This document shows, piece by piece, positions 36,286 to 44,912 of a DNA stretch of 64,000 nt. Position 1 is the stretch's first letter; every line of letters starts with the position of its first letter. Source of the DNA: an uncultured Pelagibacteraceae bacterium (GTDB lineage Bacteria > Pseudomonadota > Alphaproteobacteria > Pelagibacterales > Pelagibacteraceae). The stretch covers positions 13,135 to 77,134 of the forward strand of contig CACBLI010000008.1 of NCBI GenBank assembly GCA_902540235.1, in the 5' to 3' direction. Position numbers and translations under genes: made by a program. A model generated the notes under the pieces. The model was not told the DNA's origin. It did no database searches and worked only from the letters and a program-made list of their open reading frames with translations.

Positions 36286-38399
36286 TTACTCTCCCATAAA
36301 ATTTTCTTTTCTGGTTTTAGATCAAAAGTTTTACAAATCATATAATCTGAAACTATTGATGAATTAAAATATTTAAAATATTTTTTTTTCCCTAATCGAG
36401 CTATTTTTTTTCCAATTTTTGTATCTTTTTTATACTTGTTAATTTTATAACTTAAATCATCTATATCTTTATAAAAAATCATTTCTTTGTTTGAAAAAAA
36501 ATCACTCAAAAAAGTTTTCTTATCAATAAAAGTTAACAAGCCATTACCTATTAATTGTGCAATTCTATCGCTACTATAATATTTAATAGGTTTGCCTCTA
36601 CTTAAGTTAATTCCCATGTAGCAATTTGATATTTTTTTTAAGAATTGTTCTCCCCATATAGGTTGCACATTATTCATACCATATACATCAAATCTGATAT
36701 CTAAATTTTTTTTTATCAACTTGTTGATAAAAATTTCTCTATTGTCAATTTTACCTTTTTTAAGTTCTCCTCTATGCACACCATGACTCATTGCAAAAAA
36801 AACATCAAAATCACATTTATTTTTATAATTTTCTAAAACTTCAAAAGATCTATCACACGGATTAGGAATAAAATATGAATTTGGAATTTTCAAAGATAAA
36901 GAATTAGGGTCTGTTGTTAAGAAGGTTTTATCTAAAAATTCAATTTTATCTATAATCCTTTTAGAATTATTAGCATGATCAGGACCATGCCTTGAAAGTG
37001 GATCTAAAAACCACTGAGAAATCTTTAGATTTTTATCTAAATTTTTCATTTTTTCCAAAGTTAGTGATGATACTTTATCCGCATGGCCTAACACGATTAA
37101 ATCAGGTTTAAAGTTATCGTATGTATCCAATATTTTTTTCTGTAAATTATTTAAACCATTTAAGTCAGTTAAAGATTTGTTGTTATGTATTATATCTCGA
37201 TCACTTATTGATAAAACGTTGTGACCTAATCTTATAAATCCATTATTAATTCTTCTTCCAGTATTATAATGTAATCTTCCATTAAATCTCTCATTAAAAT
37301 TTGTAATATGCATTATTTTTAATTTTCTTTCTGCGTTAATGTTAAAAAGATTTATGTTTTGAAATTGATCTCTAATGTCATCAATTATTTTTGAAATGTA
37401 TTTATGATCAAATTTAAAATTTTTATAATTCAATTTTTGACAATGTTTTAATTTTTTTGGATTCAAAATTAAATTTTCAATTACATTATAGATATTTTTT
37501 GAGCTCAATTCTTTAAGCAAAATTGCTGATTTAGATGTTTCAGGCAAACCACCTTTTTTACTAATTATAACTGCTGAGCCTCTGCTAGCTGCCTCAAGAC
37601 TGGTTCTTCCAAAGGGTTCCTCCCACCTTGAACAAACAACTGAAATACTTACATCCTTTAATCTTCTAAGTACATTTTCGTGAGATGTAAAACCTAATAT
37701 CTTCAAATTCTTATGCTGAAAATTAATTTTTTCTCTAGGTTCATCTCCAATAACAATTGATTTCCAATATGAATATTTATTTAATATTTTTATTATTGCA
37801 TCACCAAATAAATCATATCCTTTTGCTCTATTTAACTTTCCAACAAATGAAATCAATTTTTTTTTTTTTGAAAAATTTACTTTAACTTTTGAAGTTGATT
37901 GATAACAAACTGATGTTTTTTGTTTTAATAAATTTTCATTATCTATTCCAATAAAAAATCTTTTCTGTGACCACTTACTATTAAATAAAATTTTATCAAT
38001 ATTATTCAATAAATATAATCTGTCTGTAATTTTTTTAGATCCATTCATAGTTAATGGATCATTATGAAAATATAGTATTATTTTTTTATTTTTGATATTT
38101 TCTAGGTGCCGAATATAATTTGGTCTATTATGTATTTCAATAATATCCGAATTATTTATTTTTTCTTGTTCAAGAAATTTAGATACATAATTTTTACTAT
38201 TACTTTGTAAAATTTTTTTATCTAGTTTTATATTTATATAATTTTTTAAGAATGGTTTTGAATAACTCATATTTCCATATACATAAATTGATCGTTTATA
38301 TTTACTGTTTAAAGATGTGTCTTTCACAAACAAAGATACAGCCCCTGCATATTTTGATGAAAAATTTTCTTTATAAGGTAATAGAATTGATATTTTCAT
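36282..38399 (-). CDS. Large two-module glycosyltransferase (N-terminal GT4/GT-B module plus second GT-B-like module)
   Basis: 705 aa. The N-terminal half has the GT1/GT4 signature EPFGRTSLEAASRGSAVIISKKGGLPE. The C-terminal half resembles CgeB-type Glyco_trans_1_2 domains. ATGA-type overlap with ihfA. Confidence 0.75.
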   Translation of the reverse strand: MKISILLPYKENFSSKYAGAVSLFVKDTSLNSKYKRSIYVYGNMSYSKPFLKNYINIKLDKKILQSNSKNYVSKFLEQEKINNSDIIEIHNRPNYIRHLENIKNKKIILYFHNDPLTMNGSKKITDRLYLLNNIDKILFNSKWSQKRFFIGIDNENLLKQKTSVCYQSTSKVKVNFSKKKKLISFVGKLNRAKGYDLFGDAIIKILNKYSYWKSIVIGDEPREKINFQHKNLKILGFTSHENVLRRLKDVSISVVCSRWEEPFGRTSLEAASRGSAVIISKKGGLPETSKSAILLKELSSKNIYNVIENLILNPKKLKHCQKLNYKNFKFDHKYISKIIDDIRDQFQNINLFNINAERKLKIMHITNFNERFNGRLHYNTGRRINNGFIRLGHNVLSISDRDIIHNNKSLTDLNGLNNLQKKILDTYDNFKPDLIVLGHADKVSSLTLEKMKNLDKNLKISQWFLDPLSRHGPDHANNSKRIIDKIEFLDKTFLTTDPNSLSLKIPNSYFIPNPCDRSFEVLENYKNKCDFDVFFAMSHGVHRGELKKGKIDNREIFINKLIKKNLDIRFDVYGMNNVQPIWGEQFLKKISNCYMGINLSRGKPIKYYSSDRIAQLIGNGLLTFIDKKTFLSDFFSNKEMIFYKDIDDLSYKINKYKKDTKIGKKIARLGKKKYFKYFNSSIVSDYMICKTFDLKPEKKILWESK

Positions 38400-38655
38400 A
38401 ATTAATCAAAGTAATTCTTTTTATCATATTTCTTTTTTTTGTGTTTTTTTTAAGAAGATATTCTTCTCTCATTGCCTTTTTTTTGGTTAAATATTCTTGA
38501 AAATATGCAATTTTCCATTTATTGCCCTTGGTAAATTTTGCTCCCTTTGAAGAATTGTGTAAATGAAGTCTTTTTTTTAGATTATTAGTGTAACCGACAT
38601 AAGAAACTAATTTTTTGTTTCTGAACGAAACTAGAAGATATACATAATACTTCAT
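38371..38655 (-). CDS. GIY-YIG nuclease-domain protein (UPF0213/YhbQ-like)
   Basis: 94 aa. YVYLLVS...LVSYVGYTNNLKKRLHLHN...GAKFT matches the GIY-YIG motif. It starts 7 nt after the tRNA-Glu 3' end, and its last 29 nt overlap the glycosyltransferase start. Confidence 0.8.
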   Translation of the reverse strand: MKYYVYLLVSFRNKKLVSYVGYTNNLKKRLHLHNSSKGAKFTKGNKWKIAYFQEYLTKKKAMREEYLLKKNTKKRNMIKRITLINYENINSITL

Positions 38656-38662
38656 AAAAAAT

Positions 38663-38737
38663 TGGCGGTCCCTAGGGGAATCGAACCCCTCTTTCGAGGA
38701 TGAAAACCACGTGTCCTAACCGATAGACGAAGGGACC
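38663..38737 (-). tRNA. tRNA-Glu (anticodon TTC)
   Basis: The reverse complement reads GGTCCCTTCGTCTATCGGTTAGGACACGTGGTTTTCATCCTCGAAAGAGGGGTTCGATTCCCCTAGGGACCGCCA. Anticodon loop TT-TTC-AT, encoded CCA. Confidence 0.88.
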
Positions 38738-38818
38738 AAGAAGCTGTTTTTTATTGTATAAATTATTATTAATCAAGCTTAATTAAATATATAATCTTAA
38801 CCTGATACAGCTCTTCAT

Positions 38819-39760
38819 TTAAATTTTTTCATGTTTTTTAATAATCTTTTTTAAACCAGATGATTTATGTGTAATTAAAGTTTCTGAAAAAAAGATATTA
38901 CCATCAATTTTAATACCTGAGACTAAATCTCCAGATGTTATTCCTGTCGCACAAAAAATAGAATCACCAGATACAATTTCATCTAAATTGTACTTTTTTT
39001 GGAAATCATTTATACCCATTGATTTAGCTCTCTTTTTATCAATATCTGTTTTAAATAGAAATCTACCTTGAAAAAAACAATCAAATGCATCAAGTGCCGC
39101 TGCAGTAAGGACACCTTCTGGTCCTCCTCCCTCACCTAGAAATAAATCAACCTTGTGTTTATCATCTGAAACTAATAGAGCTCCTGAAACGTCACCATCT
39201 GTAATTAATTTTAGTTTAACTCCTATATTATTTAACTCATCAATAATTCTTTTATGTCTTGGACGATCTAAAAGACACACTGTTACATCTTTAGGATCTT
39301 TATTTTTATAATCAGCTAAATTAAAAATATTTTTTTTTAATGTAAAATCTAAGTCTACAACATTTTTTTCATTTACATTTGCAGAAATTTTATCCATATA
39401 AGTCTCAGGAGCATTAAATAAATTTGATTTTTCTGCAACTGCTATTACTGATAAAGCTCCAGGTAAATTATTTGCTACAAAATTTGTACCCTCTAATGGA
39501 TCTACAGCTATATCCAATTCTGGACCATTCTTATTACCCAAATTTTCTCCAATATAAAGCATTGGAGCTTCATCAAGTTCACCCTCTCCAATAACAATAT
39601 TTCCTCTCATATCAATTTTATTTAATTCAGTTCTCATTGTATCAACTGCGGCTTTATCAGCGGCTATTTTATCTTTCTTACCTATAAAGTAATAACTAGC
39701 TAATGCTGCTCTAGTTGAAACTTTTATAAATAAATCCTGAAATTTTTTATCTATTCCCAT
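38819..39760 (-). CDS. glpX: Class II fructose-1,6-bisphosphatase (GlpX)
   Basis: 313 aa with a GlpX pattern (AALASYYFIGKKDKIAADKAAVD, GEGELDEAPMLYIGE, DPLEGTN). Confidence 0.92.
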   Translation of the reverse strand: MGIDKKFQDLFIKVSTRAALASYYFIGKKDKIAADKAAVDTMRTELNKIDMRGNIVIGEGELDEAPMLYIGENLGNKNGPELDIAVDPLEGTNFVANNLPGALSVIAVAEKSNLFNAPETYMDKISANVNEKNVVDLDFTLKKNIFNLADYKNKDPKDVTVCLLDRPRHKRIIDELNNIGVKLKLITDGDVSGALLVSDDKHKVDLFLGEGGGPEGVLTAAALDAFDCFFQGRFLFKTDIDKKRAKSMGINDFQKKYNLDEIVSGDSIFCATGITSGDLVSGIKIDGNIFFSETLITHKSSGLKKIIKKHEKI

Positions 39761-40752
39761 TAAGTAATAGTTTCTAAAGATGTATTTTTTTCTAATCTAT
39801 TTTCAAATTCCCTCAATCTTTTCCATACGGATATTAACTCAACAATAATCGGCCAACTTCGTACTAAATATTGGAGCGAAGTTTCGACTCTACCAAAAGC
39901 TCTTATAATTTGTTGTACAAATCCTAATGTAATTGCTCCTGTAACTATTGTGGGTGCTAAAGCCAAATAAGGAACAATAACCATTCCTTGAAGATAACTC
40001 CACTTAACAGCATTAAAATAAAGATAATGAAAATACATTTTGTAATGAATTTTACGAACTCCGCCATAAAGATCGGTAATTTTTTCTGGTTGTGCACTTT
40101 CTTTAAAATCTTCCCCTAAAACTAATTCTTTTCTATACGCTGCTTCCTCTTTTTGAATATCATATTCAATTCCTGGTAATTTAATTCCAACACTGGCTAA
40201 TATTATAGTCCCTCCTAATGCTGAAACAATTGCAACCCAAACTAGCGCGTGGTCAACTGGCCCAATCCATGGAAGAACAGTAATACTTTTTGATAAACCC
40301 CATAATATAGGTGTAAATGCTACTAAGGTCATCAAGCTCCTTAAGAGTTCAGCCCCTAAGCCTTCCATAATTCTTGCAAATTTTAATGTGTCTTCTTGAA
40401 CTCTTTGTGATGCTCCTTCTATAGAAGAAGCATAATCCCACTTATCATGATAAAAATCAGCCATAGCTGTTCTCCATCTGAAAGTCCAATGGCTTGTAAA
40501 ATAATCACTAAAGATAACAACTAAAATATAAACAGCAGCTATTTTTGCAAAAGTAAACAAGTATGCAATAAAATCTTTCTCTGAAACTGAATTAGGTTCT
40601 GTTAATGCTTTTTGAAGAGTATCATAAAATTCTCCAAACCATTCGTTTATTCTAACATCTAATTGAACTTGATACCATGTAGCAAGTAAAATCAAAATAG
40701 TTCCACCTATACTCCAAAGATGCCATTTTTTTTGAGTAAAAAATTTAAACAT
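39760..40752 (-). CDS. SbmA/BacA-like inner-membrane transporter
   Basis: 330 aa. The N-terminal region (WHLWSIGGTILILLATWYQVQLDVRINEWFGEFYDTLQKAL) parallels the E. coli SbmA core. No ATPase domain. Confidence 0.75.
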   Translation of the reverse strand: MFKFFTQKKWHLWSIGGTILILLATWYQVQLDVRINEWFGEFYDTLQKALTEPNSVSEKDFIAYLFTFAKIAAVYILVVIFSDYFTSHWTFRWRTAMADFYHDKWDYASSIEGASQRVQEDTLKFARIMEGLGAELLRSLMTLVAFTPILWGLSKSITVLPWIGPVDHALVWVAIVSALGGTIILASVGIKLPGIEYDIQKEEAAYRKELVLGEDFKESAQPEKITDLYGGVRKIHYKMYFHYLYFNAVKWSYLQGMVIVPYLALAPTIVTGAITLGFVQQIIRAFGRVETSLQYLVRSWPIIVELISVWKRLREFENRLEKNTSLETIT

Positions 40753-41034
40753 TTATTTTAAAAAATTATCTGCATAAGATTTTTTTACAATCTTTCTTTT
40801 CCTCGGTTCAATAATTTCTACATTAATTTTATTTTTTTTTGCATATTCTATTGCTAATTCTTTTGAGGAAAATTCTAATATTAACTCAGATAAAGTATCA
40901 TTTGAACTTTCCCATCCCATTAATGGATTTCTTGTTGGATCTCTTGTTTCAAACTCCAAAATCCATTTATTAGACTTTCCTCTTCCGGACTGCATAGGAC
41001 TTTTATTTGGCATGTAAATTTTTGCTTTTCTCAT
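40753..41034 (-). CDS. ETC complex I NDUFS4-like (ETC_C1_NDUFA4 family) protein
   Basis: 93 aa. AKIYMPNKSPMQSGRGKSNKWILEFE...NPLMGWESSNDT is the conserved alphaproteobacterial NDUFS4-homologue pattern. Its ATG lies 3 nt after the tRNA-Pro CCA. Confidence 0.85.
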   Translation of the reverse strand: MRKAKIYMPNKSPMQSGRGKSNKWILEFETRDPTRNPLMGWESSNDTLSELILEFSSKELAIEYAKKNKINVEIIEPRKRKIVKKSYADNFLK

Positions 41035-41037
41035 AAA

Positions 41038-41114
<77 letters not shown>

Positions 41115-41208
41115 AGTGATGTACTAATACAGCACTTATTAATTATTTCAATGTATAAAGGTAGAGAAATTTAAAAGAAATTTGGAAAAAATCTGCTATA
41201 TAAAGCTT

Positions 41209-41664
41209 ATGATTATCGACTGTCCTTGTGGTGAAAAAAGATTTGAAATTGATGCTAATTTAATTCCTGAAAAAGGAAGAACACTACAATGTGGAGCTTG
41301 TGATCGAAAATGGTTTTATAAAAATACTTATATTGAAGAGACTGTTGAAAAACCTATTGAATTACCACAAACTCAAGACGAAGTAGATGTTGAAATTAAA
41401 AAGAGCTTAAAAACGACTCTGCATAATAACTCTCAAATAAAACAAATAAAGGACACTAATTACAATAATGGAATAAATCTTAATTTGTCAAAAATTTTTA
41501 GTTATTTTATAGTCCTAATTATCACATCAATAGCAGCAATAATTTTTTTGGATACATTCAAAAATAATTTATCCTCTATATTTCCGAATCTGGAATTATT
41601 ATTATTTAATTTATTTGAGACTATTAAAGACATAAATCTATTTATAAAAGATTTAATAAGATAA
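41209..41664 (+). CDS. MJ0042-type zinc-ribbon membrane protein
   Basis: MIIDCPCGEKRFEID...GRTLQCGACDRKW is the zinc-finger pattern (CxC...CxxC). There is a C-terminal TM segment. I prefer the ATG at 41209 over the TTG at 41182. Confidence 0.7.
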   Translation: MIIDCPCGEKRFEIDANLIPEKGRTLQCGACDRKWFYKNTYIEETVEKPIELPQTQDEVDVEIKKSLKTTLHNNSQIKQIKDTNYNNGINLNLSKIFSYFIVLIITSIAAIIFLDTFKNNLSSIFPNLELLLFNLFETIKDINLFIKDLIR

Positions 41665-41665
41665 A

Positions 41666-42838
41666 ATGATTAATTATTTATCAAAACCTTTTAGATGGTT
41701 TTTTAAGCTTGAAGCAGCAAGTGGTTTAGTATTGTTATTTGCGGCTATTATTGCTCTAATAATAAGTAATTCAGATTTATCCGAACTATATTTCTCAACA
41801 TTAAATAAATATTTATTCATAGGTATTAATAATTTTGGATTAAAATTATCTGTTATTCACTGGATTAATGATGCTTTAATGGCAATATTCTTTTTCTTTG
41901 TTACATTAGAAATAAAAAGAGAATTTTTACAAGGCGAACTTTCTAACATTAAACAAGCTTTACTTCCGATAATTGCTGCTGTTGGTGGAATGTTGATACC
42001 TGCTCTATTTTACATTTTTATAAATTTTGGTGATCCTGAAACTTTAAATGGATGGGCAATTCCTTCAGCTACTGATATCGCTTTTTCTCTTGGTGTACTT
42101 TCTTTATTAGGTAAAAGAGTTCCATTATCCTTAAAAGTTTTTTTAACAGCTCTTGCAATTATTGATGATTTAGGTGCTATTGTCATTATTGCCATATTTT
42201 ATTCAGGGGATTTAAGTATAAAATATTTAAGCCTAATGTTATTAGCTTTTATAATTCTATTAATTATAAACAAATTTAATATTAAAAAGTTTTTACCTTA
42301 CCTTATAGTTGGTATATTTCTTTGGGATTTCACACACAATTCAGGTATACATGCAACAATAGCTGGTGTTTTATTAGCTATGACAATACCTCACAGGAAA
42401 AAAGAAAAAGATTTTTCACTATTAATAAAAGTTGAACATGCAATTAGTCCATATGTTGCATTTGGTATAATGCCTCTTTTCGCTTTTGCGAATGCTGGCG
42501 TTTCATTGGAAGGTTTATCACTTAGTTCACTTCTTGATAAGGTACCTTTAGGTATTGTTTTAGGATTATTTGTTGGAAAACAATTAGGAGTCTTTGTGTT
42601 TTCGTATGTAGCAATTAAAACAAAAATAGCTCAAATGCCTAATAATTCAAATTGGTTTAATTTTTATGGGGTTGGAGTTCTTACAGGAATTGGTTTTACG
42701 ATGAGCCTTTTCGTTGGTAATTTAGCCTTTGTAGAAAACATGCAATATATGGATGGTGTAAAAATAGGTGTATTAACTGGGTCGCTTTTGTCCACTTTAT
42801 TTGGATACTTTTTAATATTACTAACACCTAATAAATGA
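41666..42838 (+). CDS. nhaA: Na+/H+ antiporter NhaA
   Basis: 390 aa with an NhaA pattern (WINDALMAIFFF, LEIKREF, ALAIIDDLGAI). Confidence 0.92.
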   Translation: MINYLSKPFRWFFKLEAASGLVLLFAAIIALIISNSDLSELYFSTLNKYLFIGINNFGLKLSVIHWINDALMAIFFFFVTLEIKREFLQGELSNIKQALLPIIAAVGGMLIPALFYIFINFGDPETLNGWAIPSATDIAFSLGVLSLLGKRVPLSLKVFLTALAIIDDLGAIVIIAIFYSGDLSIKYLSLMLLAFIILLIINKFNIKKFLPYLIVGIFLWDFTHNSGIHATIAGVLLAMTIPHRKKEKDFSLLIKVEHAISPYVAFGIMPLFAFANAGVSLEGLSLSSLLDKVPLGIVLGLFVGKQLGVFVFSYVAIKTKIAQMPNNSNWFNFYGVGVLTGIGFTMSLFVGNLAFVENMQYMDGVKIGVLTGSLLSTLFGYFLILLTPNK

Positions 42839-43380
42839 AAAAAAAATTAATTTTATGTTTAACGATAATCATGTTTTTTTTTAAAAGCTCTGTTCTAGCG
42901 AATTATGAAAAAACTTTTTTTGATTTAAAAATTGAAAATATATCAGGTGGGATAATTAATTTTAAAAATTTTAAAAACAAGGTGGTTTTAGTCGTTAACA
43001 CAGCAAGTTATTGTGGATTTACAAACCAATATAATGAGCTTCAAGCTCTTTGGGACAAATATAATAAAAAAGGTTTGATTGTTCTTGGTGTTCCATCAGA
43101 TACATTTAATCAAGAAAAAAAAAGCAATTCTGAAGTAAAAGAATTTTGTGAAGTAAATTTTGATATTACTTTTCCTATTTCAGCAATTACTGAAGTTAAA
43201 GGAACTAATGCTCATGAACTTTTTAAATGGGCTAAGACTAATTATGGTAATTCAGCGGTTCCAAAATGGAATTTTCATAAAATTTTGATTAATAAAGAAG
43301 GTAAAGTAGCAGATACATTTTCTTCGTTTACAAAGCCAATGTCAAAAAAAATAATTAATAAAATTGAAAGTATCTTATAG
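42835..43380 (+). CDS. Glutathione peroxidase (Cys-type, secreted)
   Basis: 181 aa with a signal peptide and GPx motifs (NTASYCGFT, LGVPSDTFNQE, WNFHKILI). Confidence 0.88.
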   Translation: MKKKLILCLTIIMFFFKSSVLANYEKTFFDLKIENISGGIINFKNFKNKVVLVVNTASYCGFTNQYNELQALWDKYNKKGLIVLGVPSDTFNQEKKSNSEVKEFCEVNFDITFPISAITEVKGTNAHELFKWAKTNYGNSAVPKWNFHKILINKEGKVADTFSSFTKPMSKKIINKIESIL

Positions 43381-44145
43381 TTTGATTGATAGCCCATCAT
43401 GTGCAGGAACTACATTTTTAGGTAATAATTTCATCAGAGCTTTATAATCTAATACAGGTGATAAATTAGTTAAAATTGCGTTTTTTGGATTAAATTTTGA
43501 AATTATTGACAGCGAAGTTTCAAGATTAAAATGCGATGGATGAGGTTTATACCATAAACAATCAATGATTAGATATTTCAAATTTTTAAAATATTTATAA
43601 TCGCTATTATAAATTTTACTCACATCACTTATGTAGGCTAATTTTTTGTCAATTATAAAACAGTTAGATTTTACATTACCATGCTCAACTTGAACTGATT
43701 TGATCTTTATCTTTTTTTTATTATTAGTTATAAAAATACTTCTTGGTAAATTGTTCAATTTTAATGTAGCCGGATATTCTTTTGAATAACTTTTGAAAAT
43801 ATACGAAAAACTTTTTTTTAGATATTTTGAGGTTGATCTGTCAGCATAAACATTAATTTGATTTTTGGTATTTATATAGAAAGATCTTAAATCATTAATT
43901 CCATGAGTTTGATCGCCATGCATATGAGAGTAAAGTACTTTATCTACTCTTTTTATCTTGTGCCTTAATAATTGTTGTCTCAAATCAGGTGATGTGTCTA
44001 TTAATATATTTTGATTTGATGTTTTAATAATAGCTGAGCATCTTGTTCTATGGTTTTTTAAGTTTTTTGGATCACAATTACCAAAAAATCCATCTGGTCT
44101 TGGTACACCCATTGAACTTCCACAACCGAGTATAATGAATTCCAT
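43375..44145 (-). CDS. MBL-fold metallo-hydrolase (PhnP-like)
   Basis: 256 aa with ILGCGSS and HMHGDQTHG (HxHxDH) motifs. Sits next to tatD-metG, as commonly seen in alphaproteobacteria. Confidence 0.8.
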   Translation of the reverse strand: MEFIILGCGSSMGVPRPDGFFGNCDPKNLKNHRTRCSAIIKTSNQNILIDTSPDLRQQLLRHKIKRVDKVLYSHMHGDQTHGINDLRSFYINTKNQINVYADRSTSKYLKKSFSYIFKSYSKEYPATLKLNNLPRSIFITNNKKKIKIKSVQVEHGNVKSNCFIIDKKLAYISDVSKIYNSDYKYFKNLKYLIIDCLWYKPHPSHFNLETSLSIISKFNPKNAILTNLSPVLDYKALMKLLPKNVVPAHDGLSIKL

Positions 44146-44150
44146 TGATC

Positions 44151-44912
44151 TTAATTAAAAAAAAGATTGTTAAAGTTTTTAGTCGTAATTTTAATTATTT
44201 CTTGTTTCGATAGATCTTTGATATCAGCTAATTTTTGAGCTGTATAACTTAAAAAGGATGGTTCATTTTTTTTACCACGATTAGGGACAGGCGCTAAATA
44301 AGGGCTATCTGTTTCAATCAAAATTTTTTCTAGTGGTAAAATTTTAAATGTTTCCTGCAGATCTATTGAATTTTTAAAAGTTATAATGCCACTTGCAGAA
44401 AAAAAAGCATTTAATTTCAATAATTTTTCAGCGAAATTTTTTGAGCCTGTAAAACAATGCATCAAAATTTTTAATTTCTCACTTTGATATTTATTCAGAA
44501 TTTCAAATGTTTCTTCCTCTGCGTTTCTTGAATGAACTATCAACGGTGAGTTCGTTTTTATAGAAGCTTCTATATGTTTCTTAAAACTTTTAATTTGTTT
44601 TTCTTTATCACTGTTATTGTAATAAAAATCCAATCCAGTTTCACCGATACCAATTATCTTAGGATTTTCCTCAAAATTTTTAATAATATAATCAATTGAA
44701 ATTTCATTATTATTAGTTTCATGTGGATGAATTCCAATTGTACCAAAAATAATTTCGTCCTCATTTATGATATCTTTGATTTTCTGAAAACTTTCAACAG
44801 ATGTAGAAATTGTCAATAATTTTTCTATTCCCACATCTTTTGAACGTTTAATTATATTTGATAAATCACTTTTCAACGGTTCATGGTCTAGATGGCAATG
44901 TGAATCAATCAT
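44151..44912 (-). CDS. tatD: TatD-family metal-dependent hydrolase/DNase
   Basis: 253 aa with IDSHCHLD, GIGETGLD and ETDSPYL motifs. Confidence 0.88.
   Translation of the reverse strand: MIDSHCHLDHEPLKSDLSNIIKRSKDVGIEKLLTISTSVESFQKIKDIINEDEIIFGTIGIHPHETNNNEISIDYIIKNFEENPKIIGIGETGLDFYYNNSDKEKQIKSFKKHIEASIKTNSPLIVHSRNAEEETFEILNKYQSEKLKILMHCFTGSKNFAEKLLKLNAFFSASGIITFKNSIDLQETFKILPLEKILIETDSPYLAPVPNRGKKNEPSFLSYTAQKLADIKDLSKQEIIKITTKNFNNLFFN

Noticed and set aside
35100-36367. Track ORFs 35100-35351(-) and 35990-36367(+).
   Set aside because: They are antisense shadows of the chorismate mutase and ihfA/glycosyltransferase genes, with Leu/Ile/Phe/Ser-rich low-complexity translations.
37857-37869. 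Long homopolymer tracts as phase-variation switches: A13 in the 705-aa glycosyltransferase (coding KKKK) and A11 in the GT2 gene at 26760-26770.
   Set aside because: An even longer tract (14 nt, 47877-47890) sits in the essential tmk gene, and similar Lys-coding A-runs occur in ntrX, holB and others. The tracts reflect AT bias and Lys-rich proteins rather than targeted contingency loci. Length polymorphism in population data could reopen this.
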